Shown in pieces: positions 18,762 through 27,854 of a stretch of DNA of 64,000 nt. Positions within the stretch are counted from its first letter, which is position 1. Every line of letters starts with the position of its first letter. Source of the DNA: Myxococcota bacterium. GTDB lineage: Bacteria > Myxococcota_A > UBA9160 > UBA4427. The notes under the pieces are model-generated. The model worked only from the letters and a program-made list of their open reading frames with translations. It did not search any database and was not told where the DNA came from. The position numbers and the translations under genes are program-made. The DNA lies in contig JAYZFK010000006.1 in NCBI GenBank assembly GCA_036336835.1, forward strand, positions 19,217 to 83,216. The letters run 5' to 3'.

Positions 18762-19735
18762 GCGTCCCCCGGTACGGGCTCGGCCAGCAGGGGGGCGGCG
18801 AGTGCGGCGAGATCGTCGGGGCCGCTCACTCCGCCCGAGCGGTAGGGCAGCACCGCCAGGGGCAGGCCGGTCGTGCGCGCGAGCTCGCGCACGTGATGGC
18901 GATGTAGCGCATGCCGCGCGCGGCGGTGCTCCAGGCATGCGGCCAGCGTGGCCGGTCCGAGGCGGCCGACCTTCTGCGACCCGAGCGAGCTCAGCCGTTC
19001 GGGCAGGTCGCCGAGCTCGGGCGGTAGCGGGTCGGGCTCGACGGCGTTGACGACCACGCGATCGGTCGAGATTCCGAGCTCGCTCCGAAGCCGCTCGACG
19101 AGCTCTTGCGTCTCGCGCACCGGAAGCTCCTCGGCCAGCGCCACAGGCAGCAGGCGCGTGCGCCCCGGATCGGCGAGCAGCCGCTCGACCTCGCTCGCGT
19201 TGCGCCGCAGCGGGCCGCTGCGCACCGCCGAGGCGACCAGGCGAGGAACGTCCAGGAAGGTGAGTCCGTGCCCGGTGGCGGGTGCGTCGACCACGATCAG
19301 GTCGACGACCGGTTTCGCCTGCACGCGCTGCTGCTCGAGGTGCCAGATCTTCCCCAGCGTGATCAGCTCGCGCCAGCCGGGTGTCGCGGTCATCAGCTGC
19401 CGGAAGCCGCGGTTGCCGACCACGCGGTTCGCGACTGCGTCTCCCAGCTGCAGGCCCAGATACTCGCCGAGGGCCTCGAAGGGATCGATGCGCATCGCTC
19501 GCAGCCCGGGCACCAGCTCGCGCCCGGCGTGGCCGACCGATCGAGTTCCCGGAGCGATCAGGCTGGGCGCCTGCTCCGTACGGCCGACCTCGGCCAGCAG
19601 CACACGCAGTCCGCGCCCGGCAGCCGCCAGGGCGAGAGTGGCCGCTACGGTCGTCTTCCCGGTGCCGCCCTTGCCGGTCACGATCACGAGCCGGCTGCTC
19701 AGGATGGAGGCTCGGGTGTCCAGGGGATCGTCCAT
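18758..19735 (-). CDS. ArsA/Get3-family ATPase (first of pair)
   Basis: VTGKGGTGKTT, PGWRELITLGK, DAPATGH, EELPVRET. Confidence 0.92.
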   Translation of the reverse strand: MDDPLDTRASILSSRLVIVTGKGGTGKTTVAATLALAAAGRGLRVLLAEVGRTEQAPSLIAPGTRSVGHAGRELVPGLRAMRIDPFEALGEYLGLQLGDAVANRVVGNRGFRQLMTATPGWRELITLGKIWHLEQQRVQAKPVVDLIVVDAPATGHGLTFLDVPRLVASAVRSGPLRRNASEVERLLADPGRTRLLPVALAEELPVRETQELVERLRSELGISTDRVVVNAVEPDPLPPELGDLPERLSSLGSQKVGRLGPATLAACLEHRRARHALHRHHVRELARTTGLPLAVLPYRSGGVSGPDDLAALAAPLLAEPVPGDA

Positions 19736-19860
19736 CCGTCCTTTCCCGCGGGGCGTGCGAGGCCGAGTTCTCAAGCCCTTCGGAGGCTGCTCCGAAATAG
19801 CAGACCGGGACGTCCCGGCGCGCAACCGGTGCGCACGGATCGAGGTCGAGGGGGAGCGCC

Positions 19861-21183
19861 GTGATCGTCGAATGTGTGAACTGCAGCACCTGCTTCCAGC
19901 TCGACGACGAACGGATCCCGGTCACCGGGATCCGGGTGCGTTGCTCTCGCTGCAAGGAGGCCTTCTTCCTGCAACATCCCGAGGCCAGTCAGCGCGAGAC
20001 GGTCGAGGCGCTCGCGGCTAGTGCAATCGAGGACGCCGCGTCGTCGTTTCCGGAGCCGGCCAGCGATCTCGCCCTGGGCACGTCCCACGCTGGCGACGCG
20101 GCCTCTGCCGCGGGGCTCGTCGACGAAGACGAGGAGGACTGGGAGTTCGACCACGAGGTTCCCGCGCGAGCGCTGGCCCGGGATCCGGCTAGCTCGAGCG
20201 GGGGCTTCGACGCGTTCTCACCCAGTGGTCTCGAGCTCGACGGCGACGCCGAGTCGAGCGGCCCGGCCCGCGGCGCGAGCGCGCAGCGGGTGGCCGATGT
20301 CCGCGGACCGTTCGGGACCGTGGACGACTTCGGTTCGCTCGCCGAGGGCGAGGCAGACGACATCGAATCCCCGGCGGCGCCCCCGGGCACCGCGCTCGAC
20401 TCGGACATCGCGGACGTCATCGATTCGCTGAGCACGCTGAGCGTGGACGACGAGGCGCCGAGCCGTGAGGACGGCGTGGCCGGAGACCTCGGCGAGCCGG
20501 AAGACTGGGATCTGCTGGGCGAGGAGGCACCCGCGGCGAGTACACGGTTGAACCCCGAGCCGACGACAGACCTGCCATCGACGGTCGCCGAGCCCGGTTC
20601 GCGCCCAGTCGCGGAGCAGCGGGTATTGCGGGTCGGCGAGACGCGGGCCCGCGCGCCACGCGGCGTGCGGCTCGCTGGCTCGGCCATTGGCTGGCTCGGC
20701 TTCGCCGGATTGTTCGTCGGCGCACTCGTCGAGGGCCTGGCTGGCTCGGTTGCGGCCGGGCCGACGGTGAACTCCTACCCGGTCGGCTCACTGGTCGCCC
20801 AGGCCGTCGAAGCCCGCTGGGCCACCGTGGCTGGCGGAGAGACGCTGCTCGTGGTCCGCGGCGTACTGCGCAACCCCTCGCCGTCGGCGCAGCGGGTCGG
20901 TGGCTCGCTGGCGGTCGAGCTGCTCGACGCTGCGGGCCGGCCGCTCGAACATCCCGCCGAGCTGGCCGGTCGGCCTTTGCCCGCGGACGATCTGCGAAAT
21001 CTCGCGTCGGACGCCCGCGCGGCGCGCAAGAGGTCGGCCGCGAGCGCGTTGTCGGGGGAGCGGATCGCCAGCGGCGGACAGGTCGAGTTCGCCGCGTACT
21101 TCCCACAGGTCCCGCCCGCCGCGCGTCGCGTGGCGGTGCGCGGCCAGGAGAGCGCGGCGAGCTGGTTGGCTGAGCTCCGGTAG
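19861..21183 (+). CDS. MJ0042-type zinc-ribbon membrane protein (DUF3426-like C-terminus)
   Basis: CVNC...VRCSRC N-terminus, acidic linker, TM segment, then LLVVRGVLRN...VELLDAAG. Confidence 0.8.
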   Translation: MIVECVNCSTCFQLDDERIPVTGIRVRCSRCKEAFFLQHPEASQRETVEALAASAIEDAASSFPEPASDLALGTSHAGDAASAAGLVDEDEEDWEFDHEVPARALARDPASSSGGFDAFSPSGLELDGDAESSGPARGASAQRVADVRGPFGTVDDFGSLAEGEADDIESPAAPPGTALDSDIADVIDSLSTLSVDDEAPSREDGVAGDLGEPEDWDLLGEEAPAASTRLNPEPTTDLPSTVAEPGSRPVAEQRVLRVGETRARAPRGVRLAGSAIGWLGFAGLFVGALVEGLAGSVAAGPTVNSYPVGSLVAQAVEARWATVAGGETLLVVRGVLRNPSPSAQRVGGSLAVELLDAAGRPLEHPAELAGRPLPADDLRNLASDARAARKRSAASALSGERIASGGQVEFAAYFPQVPPAARRVAVRGQESAASWLAELR

Positions 21184-21255
21184 GACTCGACGGGCGAGCC
21201 TCTCGAGTCCTGGTCGTGGAAAGCGTTCTGGAGCGAAGACGCCCCTCGCAAGAGG

Positions 21256-21459
21256 TTAGGAGTCCGGGTTGCTCTCCGTGACCCGTTCCTTGTTCTCTTC
21301 CGGCGTCACGTCGATCTCCTTCTTGTCACCGGAGATACCCGACTTGAAGTTGCGGATTGCTTCGCCGATGCCGGACCCGATCTCGGGGAGGCGCCTTGCG
21401 CCGAACAGCAGGACACAGATCGCCAGGATGATGATCAGCTCGGTGGGGCCAATGGGCAT
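21256..21459 (-). CDS. tatA: Twin-arginine translocase subunit TatA/E
   Basis: GPTELIIILAICVLLFGARRLPEIGSGIGEAIRNFK. Confidence 0.93.
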   Translation of the reverse strand: MPIGPTELIIILAICVLLFGARRLPEIGSGIGEAIRNFKSGISGDKKEIDVTPEENKERVTESNPDS

Positions 21460-21563
21460 GGACGCTCCGTGGACGCTGCGACCAGCGCGAGCAATCGAAA
21501 GAGTGACGTCGGTGATCCTACCAGTCAAGGAGGCTTCTGCAGGCTGCTAGGCTCTGCGCTCCC

Positions 21564-22916
21564 ATGATCTTCAAGGCCTACGATATCCGGGGAATCGTGC
21601 CCGCGGAACTCGATCCGGATATTGCCTACGGCATTGGCCGTGCCACGGCGCACTACTTGGAGGCCGACCCGATCGCGGTCGGACGCGACGCCCGCACCCA
21701 CTCGCCCGAGCTCGCCGAGGCGCTGATCGACGGCATCCGAGACGAGGGCGCGGCCGTGGTCGACCTCGGCCTGATTTCGACTCCCATGCTCTATTTCGCG
21801 GTCGACCAGCTCGACGCGAGCGGGGGCGTGATGGTGACGGCCTCGCACAACCCGGGCCAGTACAACGGCTTCAAGCTGTGCCGCGAGCACGCCATTCCGG
21901 TCGGCGAGGCGAGCGGGTTGAAGGAGATCGAGGCGCTCTGCTCGGCGCGTGCCAGGGCTCCGGCCGTGTCACCGCGCGGCACCCTAGGTGTCGAGGCCGT
22001 GGTCGACGCCTACGTCGAGCACGTGCTCGCCATCGGCAGCAGCCGACCGAAGCTCAAGGTCGCCATCGACTGCGGCAACGGGATGGCGGGCCGCGCGCTC
22101 GTGCCGCTGCTCGAACGGCTGCCACTCGAGGTCGAACGCCTCTACTTCGAGCCCGACGGCCGCTTCCCGAACCACGAGGCCGACCCGCTCAAGCGCGAGA
22201 ACCTCGAGGACCTGGTGCAGGCTGTCCGTCGCAGCGGCGCAGACTTCGGCGTTGCCTTCGACGGCGACGGCGATCGCGCCTGCTTCGTCGACGAGCAGGG
22301 CGAGCCGATCTCGTCGGATCTGATCACGGCATTGCTGGCGCGTTACCAGCTGAAGCGCTCTCCGCGCGGGCGCGTGCTGTACGACCTGCGTTCGAGCCGC
22401 GTCGTGGCCGAGGAGATCGGCAAGGCCGGCGGACAGGCCGAGATGTGCCGCGTCGGGCACTCGTTCGTGAAGGCACAGATGCGCGAGTCGGGCGCGATCT
22501 TCGCAGGCGAGCTGTCGGGCCACTTCTACTTTCGCTTCTCGAAGACGCTCGTCGCCGACGACGGCACCGCGGCCTTCGTCGCGATGCTCGACGTGCTCGC
22601 CGACCGTGGCGAGCCTCTGTCGAAGATCGTCGCGCCATTGCGTCGTTATGCGGCGAGCGGTGAGATCAATCTGCGCGTGGACGATGTGTCACGCGTGCTG
22701 AAGAAGATCGAGTCCGAGCACGAGGATGCCGCCGAGATCTCGAAGCTCGACGGCCTGCTCGTGCGCTACCCCGAGTGGTGGTTCAATCTGCGGCCGTCGA
22801 ATACCGAGCCCGTGCTGCGCTTGAATCTCGAGGCGGACACGCCCGAGCGCATGGCCAACGAACGCGACCTCCTGCTCGCGCGAATCGAGGAGCTCGGCAG
22901 CCGGGGCCGGAGCTGA
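21564..22916 (+). CDS. Phosphomannomutase/phosphoglucomutase
   Basis: FKAYDIRG, TASHNP, FDGDGDR, GELSGH, RPSNTEP. Confidence 0.96.
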   Translation: MIFKAYDIRGIVPAELDPDIAYGIGRATAHYLEADPIAVGRDARTHSPELAEALIDGIRDEGAAVVDLGLISTPMLYFAVDQLDASGGVMVTASHNPGQYNGFKLCREHAIPVGEASGLKEIEALCSARARAPAVSPRGTLGVEAVVDAYVEHVLAIGSSRPKLKVAIDCGNGMAGRALVPLLERLPLEVERLYFEPDGRFPNHEADPLKRENLEDLVQAVRRSGADFGVAFDGDGDRACFVDEQGEPISSDLITALLARYQLKRSPRGRVLYDLRSSRVVAEEIGKAGGQAEMCRVGHSFVKAQMRESGAIFAGELSGHFYFRFSKTLVADDGTAAFVAMLDVLADRGEPLSKIVAPLRRYAASGEINLRVDDVSRVLKKIESEHEDAAEISKLDGLLVRYPEWWFNLRPSNTEPVLRLNLEADTPERMANERDLLLARIEELGSRGRS

Positions 22917-23118
22917 ATCGCTGACCTCCAGACGATCCGGCCCCCCGCTGGCTCCGGGGCAGGCGGCCGCTTCCCGATGCAGCGTCGGCCGCGTTCGAGA
23001 GGGGAGCGGGCCCGTTGCGGGCGGCTTCCGCAGCTCGGCCTGGGTCCGGCGGTGCGCTGCCACAGGTTGATCGCAACTCCCGCGTTCGGGATCGGTGCGG
23101 TCTCGAGCGGCGCCGAGG

Positions 23119-24111
23119 TCAGACGCCGTCCTGGGCCTTCGCCAGCTCAGCCTCGATCAGCTCGACGAAGTCGTCGAGCGGGCGCGCGCCCGAGAGCATG
23201 ATGCCATTGACGAAGAAGGCAGGTGTCCCGGTGGTTCCGGCCGCCTGTCCCGCGACGAGATCCTTTTCGACCGACATGGCGGCGGCGTCGCTCGTGAGAC
23301 ACTCCTCGAAGGCCGCGCGGTCGAGCTCGAGCTCGTCGGCGAAGCCCGCGAGCGTGTCGGCCGACAAATCGCTCTGGCTCGCAAACAGCCTGTCGTGGAA
23401 CTCCCAGAAATGGTCCTGCTGCGCCGCGCACACCGCGGCGATGGCGGCCGGGCGCGCCTGTGGATGGATCGCGTCGAGCGGGAAGTGGCGGTAGACGAGC
23501 CGCACCGAGTCGGGGTACTTCGCGAGGACCTGCTTCACGGTGGGCTCGGCGCGGCTACAGAACGGGCACTGGTAGTCGCTGAACTCGACGATCGTGACGG
23601 GAGCGTCGTCGCGTCCGAGCGAGGGGCCGACCGCCGGGACCTCGATGCGCGGAGGCTCGAGCTGGATCGTGACATTGGCCGCGCCGCGCAGGGACCGGAG
23701 CACGATGTCATGCTGGTTGCGCTCGAGGAAGCGACGGATCTCGGGTCCGATCTTCTCGAGCGTGTCTTCGGGGCGCATGCGGGCGCGATTGCTCGCGAAG
23801 AACTGCGCGACCTCTTCGTCGGTCACCTCGCCGAGTACCGCGGTCTGCTGCTCGACCAGCTCCTGCTGACTCACGCCGCGTCGCTCGGCCTCGGTCGCGA
23901 TGACGAGCTCGGCGATCAGGAGTTCGAGCCCCTGGGAGCGCGCGTCGTAGATCTGGGAGGCGATCTTCTCGTCGAGCTGGGCAAGCGTGATCGCGCGGCC
24001 GTTCACCTCGGCCACAACCGGACTCGGGGGCGCGCTGGTGGCGCCGTGCGAGCAGGCGGAGAGGATCAGGGGAACGGTAAGGGTTGCGAGCAGGTTGCGA
24101 TGTCTCGTCAT
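23119..24111 (-). CDS. DsbA-family thiol-disulfide oxidoreductase lipoprotein
   Basis: Lipobox LSAC, SurA-like VAEVNG, EFSDYQCPFC, HFPL, GTP. Confidence 0.9.
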   Translation of the reverse strand: MTRHRNLLATLTVPLILSACSHGATSAPPSPVVAEVNGRAITLAQLDEKIASQIYDARSQGLELLIAELVIATEAERRGVSQQELVEQQTAVLGEVTDEEVAQFFASNRARMRPEDTLEKIGPEIRRFLERNQHDIVLRSLRGAANVTIQLEPPRIEVPAVGPSLGRDDAPVTIVEFSDYQCPFCSRAEPTVKQVLAKYPDSVRLVYRHFPLDAIHPQARPAAIAAVCAAQQDHFWEFHDRLFASQSDLSADTLAGFADELELDRAAFEECLTSDAAAMSVEKDLVAGQAAGTTGTPAFFVNGIMLSGARPLDDFVELIEAELAKAQDGV

Positions 24112-24170
24112 GGTGATCTCCAGATCGTGCACGTCGCGCGGCACGGTGCAACGCATAGTATATGGAGCGG

Positions 24171-24986
24171 ATGCCCGACACCCCCCCCAGCGAGCTTGCC
24201 GGTGCCGGCCGCGGATTCCGCGATGGGGCGGTACTGCTGCCCCGCGCGTTCGGCTTGTTGCGCCGGCGGCGCGAACTGTGGGCGCCTGCCGTGGTTCCGT
24301 CGCTGCTGACGGCAGTCAGTCTCGGTCTGACGGCGGTGCTGGTCTACGCGAATGCCGGCGCGCTGCTGGGCGCCATCGCAGACGCGCTGCCTCGCTTCGA
24401 GGCGGGCAGCTGGTACAGCTGGCTCTGGATCGGGCCGGCGAAGGGATTGGCGTTTCTCGCCCGCTACGTGCTCTTCGTCGGGGCTGCGGCGGTGGCGGTG
24501 CTGCTCGGGCTGGTGGCGGCAACGCTGCTCTCGTCGCCGGTGCTCGACGTGTTGTCGCGGCGCGTCGAGCGTGTGCTCGAGGGGGCGGCGGCCGGCGATG
24601 ACCAGCCGTCGAGTGCGGCCGGCGTTCTTCGCGAAGCACGCGCGGCGCTGTCGAACGAAGCACTGCGGCTTGGCTCGTTCACGGCGATCTGGCTGGCGAT
24701 CGTGGGGCTCGGCCTGGTGGCCCCGTTCGGACCCGTGGTCGCCCCGATCGCGCTGGCGGCGCTGGCGATCGTCTTCCTGCCGCTCGAGTACTCGGGCTTC
24801 GCGCTCGATCGACGCGGCGTTCCGTTTGCCGGCCGACGGGCCTGGCTGGCGAGCCAGCGCCTCAAGGCGGTCGGTTTTGGTTCCGCCGGCTTCGCGATCG
24901 GGCTGCTGCCGGGCCTCAACTTCGTGGCGTTGCCGGTGCTAGTCGTCGCGGGCACGATCCTCGTGCTCGAGTCCCCGCCCCGCTAG
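24171..24986 (+). CDS. EI24/CysZ-family membrane protein
   Basis: Hydrophobic; SSPVLDVLSRRVE, LEYSGFALDRRG, PGLNF pattern. Confidence 0.8.
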   Translation: MPDTPPSELAGAGRGFRDGAVLLPRAFGLLRRRRELWAPAVVPSLLTAVSLGLTAVLVYANAGALLGAIADALPRFEAGSWYSWLWIGPAKGLAFLARYVLFVGAAAVAVLLGLVAATLLSSPVLDVLSRRVERVLEGAAAGDDQPSSAAGVLREARAALSNEALRLGSFTAIWLAIVGLGLVAPFGPVVAPIALAALAIVFLPLEYSGFALDRRGVPFAGRRAWLASQRLKAVGFGSAGFAIGLLPGLNFVALPVLVVAGTILVLESPPR

Positions 24987-25798
24987 CGCAGCTCGAGCAA
25001 CGGCCGGGCGAAGTTCCATACCGCCTTCATGGCGGCGCCGGGGAGATCGGTGTGGCCGGCCTCGAACCACTCGATCCGCTTCGGCTGGCTCGCCGCCTCG
25101 AACAGGCGCTCGGTGTGGATCCTCGAGATGGTGTCGTCTCGGGTCGCGTTGACGAACAGCAGCGGTCGCGGCGCGATGGCGCCGACGAAGGCGGTCGGAT
25201 CGAGCGGGCTGCCGTCCGGCCCCGCGCCGGCAATGGCCAGTGCTGCGCCGCGCGGGCGGGGATCGACACCACAAAAGATCGCACCCAGGATCCCACCGAG
25301 GCTGAAGCCGACGAACACCAGGCGCTTGGCGTCGATTTCGTCGAGGTGTTCGAGCGCGTCGACCAGCCGGCGCAGATCCAGCACCGCCTGCCGCGCGAAC
25401 TCGCTCCACAACAGCTCGCTGGCCCGTTCCCGGAAGTCGTTTGCCAGAGCGGCCGGGCTGGTCTCCAGCAGGCGCTCGCTCATCTTCGGATTCGTCCGCT
25501 CGCCGTGCAGCGGAAAGTCGATCGCAGCGACGGCAGCGCCCTCGCGCACCCAACGTGCGCCGACCGCGTCCATCGCGTCGCCGTTGCGCGAGCTGGTGAG
25601 TCCGTGTGCGAGCACGACGACCGGATGCGGGCCTGCCGAGGCGGGGCGCACGACCTGCCCGGGTACCCGGTCTCCGCGCGAGCTGAACTCGATGGCGAGG
25701 CACGGGAGTCCTGCATACGCGCCCGGTGCGGTGCAGGAACGTGTCTGCAGGGCGATCGGTTCGCTAGGGTCGGGAGCGAGGGAGCCGCAGCCTGACAT
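24983..25798 (-). CDS. Alpha/beta hydrolase
   Basis: HGL, IDFPLHGER, GFSLGG nucleophile elbow, Asp (DD) and His (GH). Confidence 0.88.
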   Translation of the reverse strand: MSGCGSLAPDPSEPIALQTRSCTAPGAYAGLPCLAIEFSSRGDRVPGQVVRPASAGPHPVVVLAHGLTSSRNGDAMDAVGARWVREGAAVAAIDFPLHGERTNPKMSERLLETSPAALANDFRERASELLWSEFARQAVLDLRRLVDALEHLDEIDAKRLVFVGFSLGGILGAIFCGVDPRPRGAALAIAGAGPDGSPLDPTAFVGAIAPRPLLFVNATRDDTISRIHTERLFEAASQPKRIEWFEAGHTDLPGAAMKAVWNFARPLLELR

Positions 25799-25838
25799 CG
25801 TGGCGCAGTCTAGCTCGCCTCGGCGGCGGGTCTGTAGC

Positions 25839-26417
25839 TCAGGTTGCGAGCAGCAGCTTGCGCGTGCGGTAGAGGCTCGACTTGATCGAGTCCTCACTCT
25901 TGCCCAGCCGCTGGGCGATCTCAGCGATCGGCCGCTCTTCGAGGTGGTGCAGCACGAACAGCGCGCGCTGGTCGGCGCTCAACCGCTCGGCCACGTAGGT
26001 CTCGAGCTGGACGGCCCGTTCAGTGCAGTCGTAGACCTGGTCCGGTCGCGGGATCAGCGCCGGCGCGGCGGGGTGCGCGGCCGGCGAATCCGATTCGTTG
26101 TCTTCCATCGGGACGGTCGGGTGTCGCTTGCGCTTGAAGCGGCCGGCGATGGTGCGGCGCGTCAGCCCGAAGATCCACGCGACGAAGGGCGCCTCGCCGC
26201 GATAGGTGCCGATCGAAGCGAAGACGTTGATGAAGACCTCCTGGACGGTCTCCTCGGCGTCGGCGCGATTGTCGATCCGTCTGGCCACGAAGTGTGAGAC
26301 GCGTTTGAAATAGCGCTCGTACAGCTCGTCGAAGGCCCGCTCATCTCCGCAGCGGAGCCGTTCTACGAGTTCCCGGTCGTCGAGTAGCTCACTGTGACTG
26401 ATCTGCGGAGCGGCCAT
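25839..26417 (-). CDS. ECF RNA polymerase sigma factor
   Basis: GDERAFDELY, DAEETVQEVF..F.AW (region 2), LSADQRALF...EIAQRLG..SIKSSLYR (region 4). Confidence 0.93.
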   Translation of the reverse strand: MAAPQISHSELLDDRELVERLRCGDERAFDELYERYFKRVSHFVARRIDNRADAEETVQEVFINVFASIGTYRGEAPFVAWIFGLTRRTIAGRFKRKRHPTVPMEDNESDSPAAHPAAPALIPRPDQVYDCTERAVQLETYVAERLSADQRALFVLHHLEERPIAEIAQRLGKSEDSIKSSLYRTRKLLLAT

Positions 26418-26581
26418 TCGACACTCGATCCCATTCCGGCCCCAGCATCTTTCCCAGAGCGGGCCAGTTCTCAGCTAGGTAAGTGGCGCCCAGGAGGCGT
26501 AGGTGTCAAAAAAAGTCACCCTGCGCAGAAAAAGGCACAGTGGCGCCGATTTATTGTCCCCCGTGGGGACCAAACGAGGTC

Positions 26582-27073
26582 TCAGGGGCGAGCTTTGCCG
26601 GTGCCGAGGTCCGCGTCGGTGAGACCGGTGCGAAAGGGCTTTTGCGGGCGGGCGGCGGGCCGCTTCGGGGCCGGTGCTCGCGGGGAGTGTGGCAGCGCCA
26701 GGCTCACCGGCGTGGCCGCGCGGAGCAGGGCGATTTGCGAGGTGCCAACTCGCTTCGCGGCGGCACGGGTCTCCGGGGCGAAGGACTTCGCGACCAGCAG
26801 GGCGCGTACTGGGGCGGTGGCGTCGATGCCCAGGTCCGGCGCGATCTGGCACCAGTCCGGAAGACGCGCCTCGAGCCAGGCCGACGAGGCGAGGGCCCGG
26901 GTGAAGGTCGCCAGGTCGTCGCCCTCGCCGTCGAACACCGCGACGGCGGCCCGGTTGGCATCGATCGCGACCACGTCGATCCGGCTCGTCTCGGCGAGCA
27001 CGTCCTGTGCGACGGGTCGCAACGACGGTGCGAGCCGCGCGAGTCGGCGGCGCAGGTCGGCCCCGCGACTCAT
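26582..27073 (-). CDS. Hypothetical protein, weak resemblance to NucS/restriction-endonuclease fold
   Basis: ATGA overlap with upstream gene; RIDVVAID...ALASSAWL...VRALLVAKSF; no ExK. Confidence 0.65.
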   Translation of the reverse strand: MSRGADLRRRLARLAPSLRPVAQDVLAETSRIDVVAIDANRAAVAVFDGEGDDLATFTRALASSAWLEARLPDWCQIAPDLGIDATAPVRALLVAKSFAPETRAAAKRVGTSQIALLRAATPVSLALPHSPRAPAPKRPAARPQKPFRTGLTDADLGTGKARP

Positions 27074-27777
27074 TGAGCTGCGTCCCGCAGGTCTTCGAGC
27101 AACAGTCGGGCCACGTCGGCGAGCGCGCGCGTCGCTGGTGCCGCGGGATGGACCAGGCCGATCGGGCGCTGCGCGACGATCGCCCGATACAGATGCAGAT
27201 CGTCGACCAGCAGCCCGTAGCTGGCGAGCGATGCCGCACAGTCGGATTCGACGGCGACGGCGAGCTCCTCGAAGGCGGCGCGGGCCTCCGCGATCCGTCG
27301 AACACCGTGGATGGTGACCCCGATGCGCGCATCGGGCTGTGCCGCAGCGATCGCCAGGGCCTGGTGGTGGACGTGACGCAGGCCCTCGGGGTCGGGCGCG
27401 CTGAGCAGGAGCCAGTGCCGGGGAGCGCCGGGCGAGCTAGCGGCGTGGCCGAGCGTCTCCGCGGGCGGGCAGTCGAGTACGAGCTGCGGATCCGTCGCCA
27501 ACTCGCAAGAGCCGAAGTCGTCCGACTCTCGCGCCTGGACGAGTCGGGAGCCGAGCGGGCCGCGACCCGGGGGCGGCCAGAGCGAGTCGTCGACCGGGCT
27601 CCCGCGCGTGACCAGCGTGCAGGGCGCGCCGGAGCGAGAGATCTCGACGCTCAGGTTCCAGGCAACGGCCGCCCGCAGCACGTCCCCGGCGGCCACGGGC
27701 AGCCCGATGACGCGCCGAGGGCCGAGCGCGGCCTCTGGGATGAAGCAGTCGATTACGTCTCCGAGGTCGCGGGGCAC
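27070..27777 (-). CDS. MinD/FlhG-like protein lacking the Walker A motif
   Basis: AVAWNLSVEISRSG, LVLDCPP, PDPEG, DLHLYRAIVAQRP...PAAPATRAL; GTG start inferred. Confidence 0.7.
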   Translation of the reverse strand: MPRDLGDVIDCFIPEAALGPRRVIGLPVAAGDVLRAAVAWNLSVEISRSGAPCTLVTRGSPVDDSLWPPPGRGPLGSRLVQARESDDFGSCELATDPQLVLDCPPAETLGHAASSPGAPRHWLLLSAPDPEGLRHVHHQALAIAAAQPDARIGVTIHGVRRIAEARAAFEELAVAVESDCAASLASYGLLVDDLHLYRAIVAQRPIGLVHPAAPATRALADVARLLLEDLRDAAQ

Positions 27778-27854
27778 TCGATCCTCTCGCCGGGGTATCG
27801 CTTTGCGGATTTCCGGACGCGGGCGCATGCCCTGGTCGGGGTTGGCCCGACAGT

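Noticed and set aside
17607..19735. Arsenic-resistance call for the ArsA-like genes
   Set aside because: No arsB/acr3/arsC/arsR/arsD nearby; context is lipid-related
22917..23118. 200-nt gap between convergent pmm and dsbA genes
   Set aside because: No convincing ORF, repeat or strong hairpin seen
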